IMG/VR virus record: IMGVR_UViG_3300032242_000920
Location: 7,789 to 71,788 of that record
Source: a virus
Reading direction: 5' to 3' (one strand)
Length of the DNA: 64,000 bases
How positions within the stretch are numbered: the stretch's first letter is position 1; every line of letters begins with the position of its first letter. Both the position numbers and the translations under genes were made by a program. The notes beneath the pieces were generated by a model. That model worked only from the letters and a program-made list of their open reading frames with translations, was not told where the DNA came from and did not search any database. This document shows, in pieces, positions 19,092 to 29,380 of this stretch.

Positions 19092-19814
19092 GTGGCAGTT
19101 TCAACATTCTTTGATCAGTTTACTAACTATAATGAACAGCAGTTGCTGAATGATCTTGGTATTGATATGATCAAGCGCTATGGTATTGACATATACTATA
19201 TGCCACGCTCACATGTCAATATTGACAATCTGTGGCTAGAAGATACTCTAAGTCAATTTACACAAGCTACATTGATTGAAGTTTACATTAAGACATTCCA
19301 AGGTTGGCAAGGTCAAGGTGATATGATGGCCAAGTTTGGTATCTCGATGGCCGATCAGATTACATTCTCAATGATGAGATCACGTTGGCAAGAAGAGTTT
19401 ACCAACTTTCAATCTGCACTTATCCGTCCTTTGGAAGGCGACTTTATCTATCTCCCAATGACTAATGCTTTATTTGAAGTTAAGTTTGTGGAACACGAAT
19501 CCAATTTCTATCAGACAGGTCAACTAACCTTCTATGATATTAAATGTGAACGTGCTAACTACAGCAATGAAAAGATCAGCACTGGTGTTTCTGCGATTGA
19601 TAATATTCAATCTAAGTTTACAAATGAAGCTTCTTCATTCTTCTTGACTGATCAAGCAGGCAATAATATTCAGTCTGGTGACGGATCAAATCTTGAACAA
19701 GGTCAGTACACACCAGATAATATTGATGGCACTACACAGAATGGTCTATTCAGTGCTCAGGGTAAATCATTTATTGACTTCTCTAAGACAAACCCTCTAG
19801 GCGAAATTACATAG
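19092..19814 (+). CDS. gp14: Neck protein gp14
   Basis: EQQL..DL...IK.YG.D.YYMPR...RPLEGD.IY.P...LFEVKFVEHE..FYQ.G. Confidence 0.92.
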   Translation: MAVSTFFDQFTNYNEQQLLNDLGIDMIKRYGIDIYYMPRSHVNIDNLWLEDTLSQFTQATLIEVYIKTFQGWQGQGDMMAKFGISMADQITFSMMRSRWQEEFTNFQSALIRPLEGDFIYLPMTNALFEVKFVEHESNFYQTGQLTFYDIKCERANYSNEKISTGVSAIDNIQSKFTNEASSFFLTDQAGNNIQSGDGSNLEQGQYTPDNIDGTTQNGLFSAQGKSFIDFSKTNPLGEIT

Positions 19815-19824
19815 GATATTATGA

Positions 19825-20667
19825 ATGTTAGGAACAGATTTTTATTGGGGCACAATTCGCCGATACGTAATTCTATTTGGATCAATTTTTGATAACATCA
19901 ATATTGATCGAGTAGATGCTAATGGTGTTCCTCAACAGACAATTAAAGTTCCATTGCAATATGGACCTAAAGAGCGTTATTTAACTCGGTACATTCAGAA
20001 CCCAGATCTTCTTCGTGAAGTATCTATGGTTTTCCCTAGAATGTCGTTTGAGATTACTGGTATCAGCTATGATCCCGATCGAAAAATGAACACAATCGGT
20101 CAGTATGTGGGTACTTCAACTTCAAATAATGCAATTACTGGTGCTACTCAGACAACACAGTTTAATCCTGTACCATATAACTTTGATATATCGTTGTCAA
20201 TCATCTCTAGAAATACTGAAGATGCTCTTCGAATTGTAGAGCAAATCGTTCCGTTCTTTACTCCACAGTGGAATACTACATTAACACTTATTCCACCTAT
20301 GAACTATTCAATAAATGTACCTATTATTTTAAAGTCAGTGAATGCAGTTGATACTTACTCTAGTAACTTTGAAGATAAAGAGTGGGTTATTTGGGATCTT
20401 CAATTTACACTTAAAGGAGCACTATGGGGTCCAGCTAGAAACTCTGGTCTCATTAATCATATTATAGTTAATTCATATGCTGAAAAAAGTGGTGATATTA
20501 ACTCATATGTTGGAACTACATCTCCGCAAATTTCACTTGACATTACTCCAGGTGAAACCGCTAATGGTCAAGCAACAAGCAATAGCTCTATTGCGATACC
20601 TTATACTCAGGTAAAACCAACAGATAACTATGGCTTTATTGTTCAATATACTGAGAATCTTAAATGA
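19825..20667 (+). CDS. gp15: Tail sheath stabilizer/terminator gp15
   Basis: FY..TIRRYV.LFG..F..I...KVPL.YGPK...PRMSFE...PVPYN. Confidence 0.92.
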   Translation: MLGTDFYWGTIRRYVILFGSIFDNINIDRVDANGVPQQTIKVPLQYGPKERYLTRYIQNPDLLREVSMVFPRMSFEITGISYDPDRKMNTIGQYVGTSTSNNAITGATQTTQFNPVPYNFDISLSIISRNTEDALRIVEQIVPFFTPQWNTTLTLIPPMNYSINVPIILKSVNAVDTYSSNFEDKEWVIWDLQFTLKGALWGPARNSGLINHIIVNSYAEKSGDINSYVGTTSPQISLDITPGETANGQATSNSSIAIPYTQVKPTDNYGFIVQYTENLK

Positions 20668-21086
20668 ATGATGATGACAAGAAAAAAGATAAAATTGCTT
20701 CTCTATTAAATTTACCACCAATTGAAATACAGAAACAAGACAATTCGCTGGCAATAGTTAATTCGGCAGAACCGGAAACGGATACCGAAAAGTTTAATAG
20801 TGACTTTGACACAGCTAGAGATGCAATTTTAACTGCACTTGAAACAAGTCAAGGCGCATTAGAAGCGCTATCAAATATAGCATCATCATCACAACACCCC
20901 AGAGCATTTGAGGTTGTTGCTAAACTTGTAGATACAATTCGTGACACAAGTAAAGATCTGTTGGACATTCATCAGGCTAAAAAGAATCTTATTCGTAAGG
21001 TTGAAGAACCTAAGACAATAAACAACAACTTGGTGATTAGCACAAGTGATCTATTAAAGATGATAAAGGGTAATCAAAATGAGTGA
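20664..21086 (+). CDS. gp16: Terminase small subunit gp16
   Basis: SQHPRAFEV...NNNLVISTSDLLKM; directly upstream of gp17. Confidence 0.92.
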   Translation: MNDDDKKKDKIASLLNLPPIEIQKQDNSLAIVNSAEPETDTEKFNSDFDTARDAILTALETSQGALEALSNIASSSQHPRAFEVVAKLVDTIRDTSKDLLDIHQAKKNLIRKVEEPKTINNNLVISTSDLLKMIKGNQNE

Positions 21087-22779
21087 TGATTTTGAGTACG
21101 GCTATGAAAACGATTCATATCGTGGAAATCCTAAACTCAAAAGAACAGAAACTAAGATTCCTTGGACACAGGAAAATATTGAAGAATATTTAAAATGTTC
21201 TAAGGACCCTGTTTACTTCTCTAAAAATTATGTTAAGATTATCAGCCTCGACAAAGGCGAGATGTTTTTTGAGCTATATCCTTTCCAGGAACAGATCATG
21301 CAAACCGTGCAAGACAATAGGTTTACAATTGTCAAGTGCGGCCGCCAGATGGGCAAAACACAATGTATGTCATCTTTGTTACTTTGGTATGCGCTGTTTC
21401 ATGAAAACTACAGTATTGTAATTCTGGCTCACAAAGAACGGCAGGCCAGAGAAATTCTATCACGTGTTAAGTATTCCTATGAACTTCTTCCTAAATGGCT
21501 TCAGCAAGGTATCGTTGAGTGGAATAAAGGTAATATTGAGCTAGAAAACGGTTCAAAGATTGCTACAAGTGCTACATCAGGTAGTGGTGTCCGTGGTGAA
21601 TCTAGAAACTTAGTTTACCTGGACGAATTTGCTCACGTTGAAAATAATACACAGGAAGAGTTCTTCGAGTCTACTTACCCTGTTATCTCATCTGGTAAGT
21701 CAACAAAGCTTGTAATTACATCCACACCAAAAGGTATGGATATGTTCTACAAGATCTGGACAGAATCAGTTGAAGGTAGAAACTCATATAAACGAGTAGA
21801 TGTTCATTGGTCGGCGATTCCTGGTCGTGATGAAGCTTGGAAACAAGAAACAATTCGCAATACATCTGAGCGCCAATTTGACCAAGAGTTTAACACGGAG
21901 TTTCTAGGTTCATCCAATACACTTATTGAAGCCAAAAAACTTAGATCACTTCTATGGAAAGAACCACTTCAAAAGTTTGATGAGTTTGATGTGTATGAAA
22001 CACCAATATATGGACACAAGTATGTAATTACAGTGGACACATCCAGAGGTGTGGGTATTGACTATTCAGTTTTTGTAGTCTTTGACGTAACTAATGTTCC
22101 ATATAAGCTTGTTGCAAAATATAGAGACAACGAAATTTCACCTCTTCTATATCCAAACATTATTTGGCGAGCAGGCAAGTATTATAATGATGCAATGGTA
22201 CTTGTGGAAACAAACGATAATGGTCAACAGATTGCTGATATTCTATTCTATGATCTAGAGTATGAGGGCGTTCTTCTTACACAATCAAAAGGTAGATCAG
22301 GCATCAAAGTCGGTGGTGGATATAAAACAAGACCTGTCCGAGGAATCAGAACAACAAAACAAGTCAAACGAATTGGTTGTTCTAACCTGAAAAGTTTAAT
22401 TGAAAACGATAAATTTGTTTTTAATGATTATGATCTCATCTACGAACTATTTCGTTTTATTGAAGTAGGTGGTTCTTATGAAGCTGAAGTAGGTCAACAC
22501 GATGACGTAGTGATGTGTTGTGTTTTATTTGCTTGGCTTGTAAATCAACATTACTTTAAGAATCAAACTGATACTGACGTTCGAGCCGATCTTTGGGCTG
22601 ACAATAAAGACATTATTGAAGATTCAATTACACCATTTGGAATCTTCAATGATGGTTGGGATGATCCAAAAACAGACATGGTCACTATGGATAAGTTTTA
22701 TAACCTAGACATTCACAAAGATGATTTTGATCCAGACGAATTCAAAGATCGTCTAGAGTATTGGGATAATAAATATTGA
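21079..22779 (+). CDS. gp17: Terminase large subunit gp17
   Basis: Walker A GRQMGKT, Walker B LVYLDEFAH, nuclease VDTSRG.G.DYS and HDD.VM. Confidence 0.97.
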   Translation: MSDDFEYGYENDSYRGNPKLKRTETKIPWTQENIEEYLKCSKDPVYFSKNYVKIISLDKGEMFFELYPFQEQIMQTVQDNRFTIVKCGRQMGKTQCMSSLLLWYALFHENYSIVILAHKERQAREILSRVKYSYELLPKWLQQGIVEWNKGNIELENGSKIATSATSGSGVRGESRNLVYLDEFAHVENNTQEEFFESTYPVISSGKSTKLVITSTPKGMDMFYKIWTESVEGRNSYKRVDVHWSAIPGRDEAWKQETIRNTSERQFDQEFNTEFLGSSNTLIEAKKLRSLLWKEPLQKFDEFDVYETPIYGHKYVITVDTSRGVGIDYSVFVVFDVTNVPYKLVAKYRDNEISPLLYPNIIWRAGKYYNDAMVLVETNDNGQQIADILFYDLEYEGVLLTQSKGRSGIKVGGGYKTRPVRGIRTTKQVKRIGCSNLKSLIENDKFVFNDYDLIYELFRFIEVGGSYEAEVGQHDDVVMCCVLFAWLVNQHYFKNQTDTDVRADLWADNKDIIEDSITPFGIFNDGWDDPKTDMVTMDKFYNLDIHKDDFDPDEFKDRLEYWDNKY

Positions 22780-22816
22780 GATGCAAAAGCAACACTAATA
22801 TTGAAATACTGCATCT

Positions 22817-22824
22817 TATAAATA
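22817..22824 (+). promoter_or_regulatory. T4-type late promoter TATAAATA
   Basis: Exact consensus upstream of gp18. Confidence 0.8.
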
Positions 22825-22855
22825 AAGAAAAAACCTTAAAAAGGAGTATGTTAAT

Positions 22856-24913
22856 ATGGCGATTCAAGTAAGTCCTGGTGTTGTTGTTCAAGAGTTTGAC
22901 AACACTACAGTAGTTCCTGCAGTTTCTACATCGGTTGGTGCAATTGCTGGTGTGTTCAGTTCAGGCCCAGTAAACCAAAGAGTTCTAGTAAACTCAGAAA
23001 CTCAACTAGTCCAAATCTTTGGTAAACCAAACACAAATAATTTCGAGACTTTCTTTACTGCAGCTAACTTCTTGGCTTATGGTAATGCTCTCTATGTTGT
23101 TCGTGTCGCTGATGGTTCTGCCAATAATGCTTATGCAAACGTTGGTGCAATTACTACCGCACCTCAGTTTGCAAACTCTTCAGTATTTGTTGCTGCAAAT
23201 AATGTAACAGATAATAACGTAGCTTTTGTTGCACGCTCGGTTGGTTCTCAATCAAACGCTCTGAGAGTTTCAATTTGTGATAGTGCTAACGTTTATTCTT
23301 CAAATCTAGTAGCTGTAGGTGGTGCTTCTGCTAACTTTGTGTTTGTCTCAGGTAATAACGTAGCAGTAATTAATGCATCTTCGAATACAACTAGTCAAGC
23401 AAATACTACCGCAAATAACGTAATTAATCTTTTGACTGTTGGCGACTGGGTCAAGGTTGGAAATACTTCGCTTGGTTATCAATATCTCCAGGTTGCTAAC
23501 GTTACTGGACCTACTGGTGCTGAAACTACAGCTAATGCGACCAACTATTCAAACGGTGCTCAGGTTACATTTACTTCGGCTTATAATCTATCGAGCAATC
23601 TAACTTCAAGCACAAACCAGACACAACGTTTCTGGGAATTCTATAACGTTGTTCCACAGGTTCCTGGTGTATCTTCATACATGAGCAATCAGGGTCTAAC
23701 TGTTGCTGACCAACTTCACATTGTTGTTCAGGATAGAACTGGTACATTCTCAACTGCACCTAACTCAATTCTTGAAGTTTGGCCTAACATGTCAAGAGCT
23801 ACCGATGCTAAGACACCTCAAGGTTCTACAAACTACTTCAAGAATGTGATTAATCAGAATTCCAGCTTTATCTACGCTGGTAGCTATAACAGAACTGGTG
23901 CTGTCTCAAATACTTCAACTTCACTAACCGCACCAACTACTACAACACCATTGTCTGCAAACCTTTCAAACGGATCAGATTCCGCTTCGGAAAGCACAAT
24001 TTCACTTGCTGCTGTTGCTCAAGGTTATGATCAGTTCAAAAACAAGACCGATGTTGATATCTCGCTGGTGATGCAAGGTAAAGCAATCGGTAATACAACC
24101 TCTAATACAGCTGCAGGTCTTTCAAACTACATCATCAGTAATATTGCTGAAGGCAGAAAAGATTGTGTGGCATTTGTGTCACCAGATAGCGCAATTGTAA
24201 CCGCTGCGGATCCTTCACAATATGCAGTTGACTTTAGAAATAAAGGTATCACAATTGCAAGCTCATATGCAGTACTTGATGGCAACTATAAGTATCAGTA
24301 CGACAAGTACAATGATGTTTATCGTTGGGTTCCATTAAATGGTGATATTGCTGGTCTTTGTGCTTATACTGATCTTGCAAGAGACCCATGGTGGTCGCCA
24401 GCTGGTTTCAATCGTGGTCAGATCAAGAATGTAACCAAGCTTGCATTTAATCCAAATCAGGCACAACGTGATCTTCTGTATCAAAACTACGTAAACCCAG
24501 TGGCAAACTTCCAAGGTCAAGGAACCATTCTGTATGGTGATAAGACACTTCTTGGTCAGCCATCGGCATTTGACCGTATTAATGTTCGTAGACTGTTTAT
24601 TGTCCTTGAAAAGGCTATTGCAATTGCTTCACAGGCAAGTCTCTTTGAGTTCAATGATGACTTTACCAGAAACAAGTTTGTAAACCTTGTAACACCTTTC
24701 CTTCGTCAGGTACAAGGTCGCCGTGGTATCTATAACTTCAGAGTGGTTTGCGATACAACCAACAATACTCCACAGGTTATTGATGCTAATCAGTTTGTTG
24801 GTGACATTTATATCCAACCAGCGAAGAGCATTAACTTTATCCAGCTGAACTTTGTTGCTGTTCGTACAGGTGTTGACTTCAACACTATTGTCGGTCAATT
24901 TGGTGGATCATAA
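22856..24913 (+). CDS. gp18: Tail sheath protein gp18
   Basis: SPGVVVQE...WWSPAGFNRG...FDRINVRRLF...FEFND. Confidence 0.97.
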   Translation: MAIQVSPGVVVQEFDNTTVVPAVSTSVGAIAGVFSSGPVNQRVLVNSETQLVQIFGKPNTNNFETFFTAANFLAYGNALYVVRVADGSANNAYANVGAITTAPQFANSSVFVAANNVTDNNVAFVARSVGSQSNALRVSICDSANVYSSNLVAVGGASANFVFVSGNNVAVINASSNTTSQANTTANNVINLLTVGDWVKVGNTSLGYQYLQVANVTGPTGAETTANATNYSNGAQVTFTSAYNLSSNLTSSTNQTQRFWEFYNVVPQVPGVSSYMSNQGLTVADQLHIVVQDRTGTFSTAPNSILEVWPNMSRATDAKTPQGSTNYFKNVINQNSSFIYAGSYNRTGAVSNTSTSLTAPTTTTPLSANLSNGSDSASESTISLAAVAQGYDQFKNKTDVDISLVMQGKAIGNTTSNTAAGLSNYIISNIAEGRKDCVAFVSPDSAIVTAADPSQYAVDFRNKGITIASSYAVLDGNYKYQYDKYNDVYRWVPLNGDIAGLCAYTDLARDPWWSPAGFNRGQIKNVTKLAFNPNQAQRDLLYQNYVNPVANFQGQGTILYGDKTLLGQPSAFDRINVRRLFIVLEKAIAIASQASLFEFNDDFTRNKFVNLVTPFLRQVQGRRGIYNFRVVCDTTNNTPQVIDANQFVGDIYIQPAKSINFIQLNFVAVRTGVDFNTIVGQFGGS

Positions 24914-24937
24914 TAGAACTTATAAGGAGTAGATAAT

Positions 24938-25504
24938 ATGGCATTTAATATCAATCAGGTACTTCAAAACTTTCAGTTTGAAGGTGCTCGTCCTACATTA
25001 TTCGATGTAAGAATTACAAACCCAATCAACTCTATTGCTGATAGCAAAGTTCAATTTCTTTGCAGTGCAACATCACTTCCAGAGTCGACTTTAGGTAATG
25101 TACCAGTTCCTTACTTCGGTCGTGTAATCAACTTTGCTGGTGACAGAACATATAGTCCCTGGACTGTCACAGTTATGAACGACGAAGATTTTCTTGTTCG
25201 TAACGCTCTTGAGGAATGGTCGAATGCCATTAACCAGAGACAACAAAATACAAGACTACCTAGTGCTTCTAACCAACTATATAAGTCAACAGCAACAGTA
25301 AGACAGTTTAATAAGGCTGGTACTGCGGTAAGATCTTATAAGTTTAATGGAATCTATCCTTCGACTATTCAGCCAATCGGTCTTGATTGGTCTGATACTA
25401 ATCAGTTTGAAAGATTCCAGGTTACATTTACATACGATTGGTGGCAAATCTCAACAAGCGGTGACGATACAAATAATGCTTCTGCTTCTGCCGGTGGTGC
25501 ATAA
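24938..25504 (+). CDS. gp19: Tail tube protein gp19
   Basis: GARPTLF...AGDRTY..WTVT..NDEDF..R...E.W. Confidence 0.96.
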   Translation: MAFNINQVLQNFQFEGARPTLFDVRITNPINSIADSKVQFLCSATSLPESTLGNVPVPYFGRVINFAGDRTYSPWTVTVMNDEDFLVRNALEEWSNAINQRQQNTRLPSASNQLYKSTATVRQFNKAGTAVRSYKFNGIYPSTIQPIGLDWSDTNQFERFQVTFTYDWWQISTSGDDTNNASASAGGA

Positions 25505-25548
25505 ACCATAAATATATTATAATGGTTTTATGAGAAGGCAGTAGTATA

Positions 25549-27243
25549 GTGCAATTACTTGGTTTTGAGATTTCACGTAAAAAAGAGAAACTAGATCTAG
25601 TTTCATTTGCTCCTAAAGAGACAGATGACGGAGCACTAGTTGTAACGGCTGGCGGCACCTACGGTACCTATTTGGACATGGAAGGTGCCGCCAAGACCGA
25701 GGCGGAAATCGTAGTCAAATATAGAGAAATGGCGCTTCAACCAGAGCTTGAAAAGGCTATTGATGAAGTCACCAATGAAGCAATTGTAAAAGAGGGCAAT
25801 GAACAAATTGTCACTCTTAATCTTGACGACTGTAAGGATCTATCCGATAAAGTTAAAAAGATTGTAAATGACGAATTTGAAAATATTACTCGCTTACTAA
25901 ACTTCAATAACTACGGATATGAAATTTTTCGTAGATGGTATATTGACGGTCGTGTGTATTACCATGTGATCATTGATGAAAATGATCCAGAACGTGGTAT
26001 TCAAGAACTCAGATATATTGATCCAAGAAAGATCCGAAAGGTTCGATTGCTTTCAAGAGAAAAGCGCGGCAAAGTTTTTGTCAATAGGAATACTGCTGAG
26101 TTCTATGTTTACAATGAAAAGGGCTTCAAGGCCACTGGTGCCAATGCAATGGATAACCAAGGACTTAGAATTACCTCAGATTCAATCCTTCATGCAACAT
26201 CTGGCCTGATGGATAAAGACGGAAAGCTTGTTCTTTCATATCTTCATAAAGCAATTAAACCACTCAACCAACTTCGTATTCTAGAAGATGCTACGGTTAT
26301 CTACCGTATTTCTCGTGCTCCAGAACGCAGAGTGTTTTACATTGATGTTGGTCAGATGCCTAAAATGAAGGCAGAACAACACATGCGTGACATGATGGTC
26401 AAGCATAAGAATCGTTTAATCTATGATGCTTCATCTGGTCAGGTTCGCGATGATCGTAAGTTTATGACTATGATTGAAGATTATTGGTTGCCACGTAGAG
26501 AAGGTCAGAACGGAACAGAGATTACAACTCTTCCTGCTGGCCAAAATCTAGGTGAAATGTCTGATGTTGAATACTTTGAGAAGAAACTATACATGGCACT
26601 TAATGTGCCAATTTCTCGGATTCATCCAGAACAATCAATGTTTAGTCTTGGCAGGTCAGGTCAGATCACTAGAGATGAACTATCATTCCAGAAGTTTATT
26701 GCAAGACTTCGTCTACGATTCTCAAACATTCTATTAAATGCTCTTGAGAAACAACTGATTCTTAAAAAGGTTTTCTCTCAGAGTGATTGGGATTCAATTA
26801 AAGATCTTGTTCACTTTGATTATGCAAGAGATAACTATTTTGCTGAACTTAAAGATTCTGAAATTCTTATGAATCGTTTAACTGCTTTGCAACAAATTAC
26901 TCCATATCTTGGTACTTTCTTCTCACAAGAATATGTAAAGTCTAATGTGCTTATGCAGACACAAAATGATATTGAAGAAATTCAAAAACAAATGGATCAA
27001 GAAGCTCAACAGATGGCATCAAAAGGTTTGAATCCAGATGGAACACCTATACAACAAATGATGCCTCAGGATGGAGAGCAAGATCCAACTCAAGCATCAG
27101 ATCAACAACAAGATGATCAAGGTCAGTTTAATCCGAATGATACCGACCAACGAAAAGAAATAATTGTTCAAGGTAAAAATGGGCCTTATGAGCGAAAGCT
27201 TCGAGTTAAAGATAACGACTTACCAAGTAACTTTGTTTTATAA
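25549..27243 (+). CDS. gp20: Portal protein gp20
   Basis: RRWYIDGR...RAPERRVFYIDVG...EDYWLPRREG; CATAAATA at 25507-25514. Confidence 0.97.
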   Translation: MQLLGFEISRKKEKLDLVSFAPKETDDGALVVTAGGTYGTYLDMEGAAKTEAEIVVKYREMALQPELEKAIDEVTNEAIVKEGNEQIVTLNLDDCKDLSDKVKKIVNDEFENITRLLNFNNYGYEIFRRWYIDGRVYYHVIIDENDPERGIQELRYIDPRKIRKVRLLSREKRGKVFVNRNTAEFYVYNEKGFKATGANAMDNQGLRITSDSILHATSGLMDKDGKLVLSYLHKAIKPLNQLRILEDATVIYRISRAPERRVFYIDVGQMPKMKAEQHMRDMMVKHKNRLIYDASSGQVRDDRKFMTMIEDYWLPRREGQNGTEITTLPAGQNLGEMSDVEYFEKKLYMALNVPISRIHPEQSMFSLGRSGQITRDELSFQKFIARLRLRFSNILLNALEKQLILKKVFSQSDWDSIKDLVHFDYARDNYFAELKDSEILMNRLTALQQITPYLGTFFSQEYVKSNVLMQTQNDIEEIQKQMDQEAQQMASKGLNPDGTPIQQMMPQDGEQDPTQASDQQQDDQGQFNPNDTDQRKEIIVQGKNGPYERKLRVKDNDLPSNFVL

Positions 27244-27246
27244 ATA
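27239..27246 (+). promoter_or_regulatory. T4-type late promoter TATAAATA overlapping the gp20 stop
   Basis: Exact consensus. Confidence 0.75.
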
Positions 27247-27259
27247 AAAGGAATGAAAT

Positions 27260-27430
27260 ATGGAAGATGAACTAGACATTCAGGATCTGCTTAATGCAGC
27301 AATTAATGGTGACGTGGCCGATTTGGAACGTTCATTTGATGCAGTGGTAAGATCAAAGATTAATCATGCTATCGAGTATAGAAAACAAGAATTAGCTCAG
27401 AACCTAGGGCACACTGACGAGGACGAGTAA
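27260..27430 (+). CDS. Small prohead core protein (gp67-like), 56 aa, absent from ORF track
   Basis: MEDELDIQDLLNAAINGD...AIEYRKQELAQNL; AAGGA SD; position directly after the portal gene. Confidence 0.7.
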   Translation: MEDELDIQDLLNAAINGDVADLERSFDAVVRSKINHAIEYRKQELAQNLGHTDEDE

Positions 27431-28323
27431 TGGCAAATAAAGAAAAACAAGCAAAAGTCGATGGTGATGCTGTAGTAAATAGAGACGCTGGTTATACTAA
27501 CAGCGGCAAGAAAACACAGCCAGACGGTGAAACCAGAGACGGCCATCACACTTCAAAGGAAGTTCAGGGTCCTACGGACGGTACAACTGCAAAGGGTGAG
27601 CCTCTTGAAGATCTAGGACTTCTTGGTAATCCAGACACAATGTTTAAGGGACCAAAGAAAGCATTAAGTGGTGCTCGTAAGGCAGATCAACATGCAGCAA
27701 CAGGTACTGCCGGTAACATGAACGAAAATCCTTTCCATTCTGTTCTAAGAGCTAAGTATTTTTCTGAGTCAGACAATCCAGGTGATGGTAATGCTCCTGC
27801 AACTTCAGACTCACCATCATATGGTATGCAAGCCGTAAACAATACAGATTTTCGTCCATCACGTCCTGATGTAAAGTCAATTCTTGAAGGTATTGCACTT
27901 CAGGCTGCAGAGGCTTTTGAAGCTTTGGATGAAAACTCTAACATCCCTAATCAACTTATAAGTGAACTTCAGAATTGTTCTAAAAGTGTGACTAAACTGT
28001 ATGAGTTTGCTACAAAGAATCAGACAGATGATGGCACTCAGGATGCCTCAGATACACCACCTGTTCAAAAAGATACAGCAGAGCGTAAGCCTGAAGGTGT
28101 ATATAAGGAAGAAGTAGAAGATCTAGCTGAGCTTTCGGCTGGTCAAAAGAAAATTGCTGCTGCTGGAAAAGCAATTGATCCAAACAATGATGAAGATGAA
28201 ATTGATGCCGATGACCTTCTGGCACTTCGCATGCGCCGTAAAAATTCAAAGAAAGATATGAGCGAAGCACTTCATCTTGCTTTCAACAAAATTCTATGGA
28301 GTAAATTAAATGGCGATAGTTAA
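27430..28323 (+). CDS. Acidic, largely disordered prohead core/internal protein
   Basis: Lies between gp67-like and gp21; LSAGQKKIA...IDADDLLALR motif. Confidence 0.55.
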   Translation: MANKEKQAKVDGDAVVNRDAGYTNSGKKTQPDGETRDGHHTSKEVQGPTDGTTAKGEPLEDLGLLGNPDTMFKGPKKALSGARKADQHAATGTAGNMNENPFHSVLRAKYFSESDNPGDGNAPATSDSPSYGMQAVNNTDFRPSRPDVKSILEGIALQAAEAFEALDENSNIPNQLISELQNCSKSVTKLYEFATKNQTDDGTQDASDTPPVQKDTAERKPEGVYKEEVEDLAELSAGQKKIAAAGKAIDPNNDEDEIDADDLLALRMRRKNSKKDMSEALHLAFNKILWSKLNGDS

Positions 28324-28675
28324 GAATCAAATTGGCGGTCACGCCGGTACGGTTGATTTAGGCAACACTGTTTATTCATTTGCTAATCTGTCATCAAATA
28401 CTTCTTTGGAAACTGTTACTGGTGTAGCAATTACGGCAGCAATGGGCTCGGGTGACTGGGTCATTTATATGGGTAACACGCTTGTTTGGCAAACTTATGC
28501 CAATACTGCATTCCTATATGACTTTAGTGCTCTTGGTGCTACATTAAACCAAAATATTCTTTGCACAGGTAATAGCACATACCAAACTGGTACTATTACA
28601 CTTAAAACCGTAGGATCACAAAGTTCAATTGCTCTAAGAATTGCCAAGTACGGCTACAACACTGCTGGAGTCTAA
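28310..28675 (+). CDS. Hypothetical head-region structural protein
   Basis: 121-aa beta-rich ORF with GGAG SD in the head operon. Confidence 0.55.
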   Translation: MAIVKNQIGGHAGTVDLGNTVYSFANLSSNTSLETVTGVAITAAMGSGDWVIYMGNTLVWQTYANTAFLYDFSALGATLNQNILCTGNSTYQTGTITLKTVGSQSSIALRIAKYGYNTAGV

Positions 28676-28676
28676 T

Positions 28677-29342
28677 ATGTTACTTATTACAGAAAACATT
28701 GAAGAAGTACAGTATATTACTGAAGCTCGTGAAGACGGCAAGAAGAATGTCTATGTCGAAGGTATCTATATGGTCGCCGAGACAAAGAACAGAAACGGTC
28801 GTATCTACCCTAAATTAGCACTTGAGAACGCTATTAATAAGTATAGCGAAGCATATATTGCTACTAAAAGAGCATATGGTGAACTAGGTCACCCTACCGG
28901 TCCTACAATTAATCTTGATCGTGTATGCGTAATGCACGAGTCATTAAAGTGGGATGGTAACAATATCATTGGTAGATCAAAAGTTACAAGTACACCTTTT
29001 GGTGAAATTGTAAAAGGACTCATTGAAGATGGTGCATCACTAGGTATGTCATCACGCGGCATGGGTTCAGTAGAAATGAAGAATGGCATCATGGAAGTAA
29101 AGAATGACTTCATGCTTGCTACTGCAGCAGATGTTGTTGCTGATCCTTCAGCACCAAAAGCTTTTGTTCGCGGCATCATGGAAAATATAGAATGGATCTA
29201 CGATGCCATTCAAGGTGAGTGGAAAGCACAGGATTTTGTAGAAGAAACAAAAAAGAAGTTTCACAAATCATCAGTCACTCAAATCAATGAGCAATCCATT
29301 GCTCACTTCGAACAGTTTATCAATCTACTTTCTAGAAAGTAA
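28677..29342 (+). CDS. gp21: Prohead protease gp21
   Basis: MLLITE...NRNGRIYP...GELGHP...GMSSRGMGS...D.VADPSAP; true start is ATG 28677. Confidence 0.96.
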   Translation: MLLITENIEEVQYITEAREDGKKNVYVEGIYMVAETKNRNGRIYPKLALENAINKYSEAYIATKRAYGELGHPTGPTINLDRVCVMHESLKWDGNNIIGRSKVTSTPFGEIVKGLIEDGASLGMSSRGMGSVEMKNGIMEVKNDFMLATAADVVADPSAPKAFVRGIMENIEWIYDAIQGEWKAQDFVEETKKKFHKSSVTQINEQSIAHFEQFINLLSRK

Positions 29343-29380
29343 TTAATAAATAAATAAAATACAATCCAAGGAGTACTAGA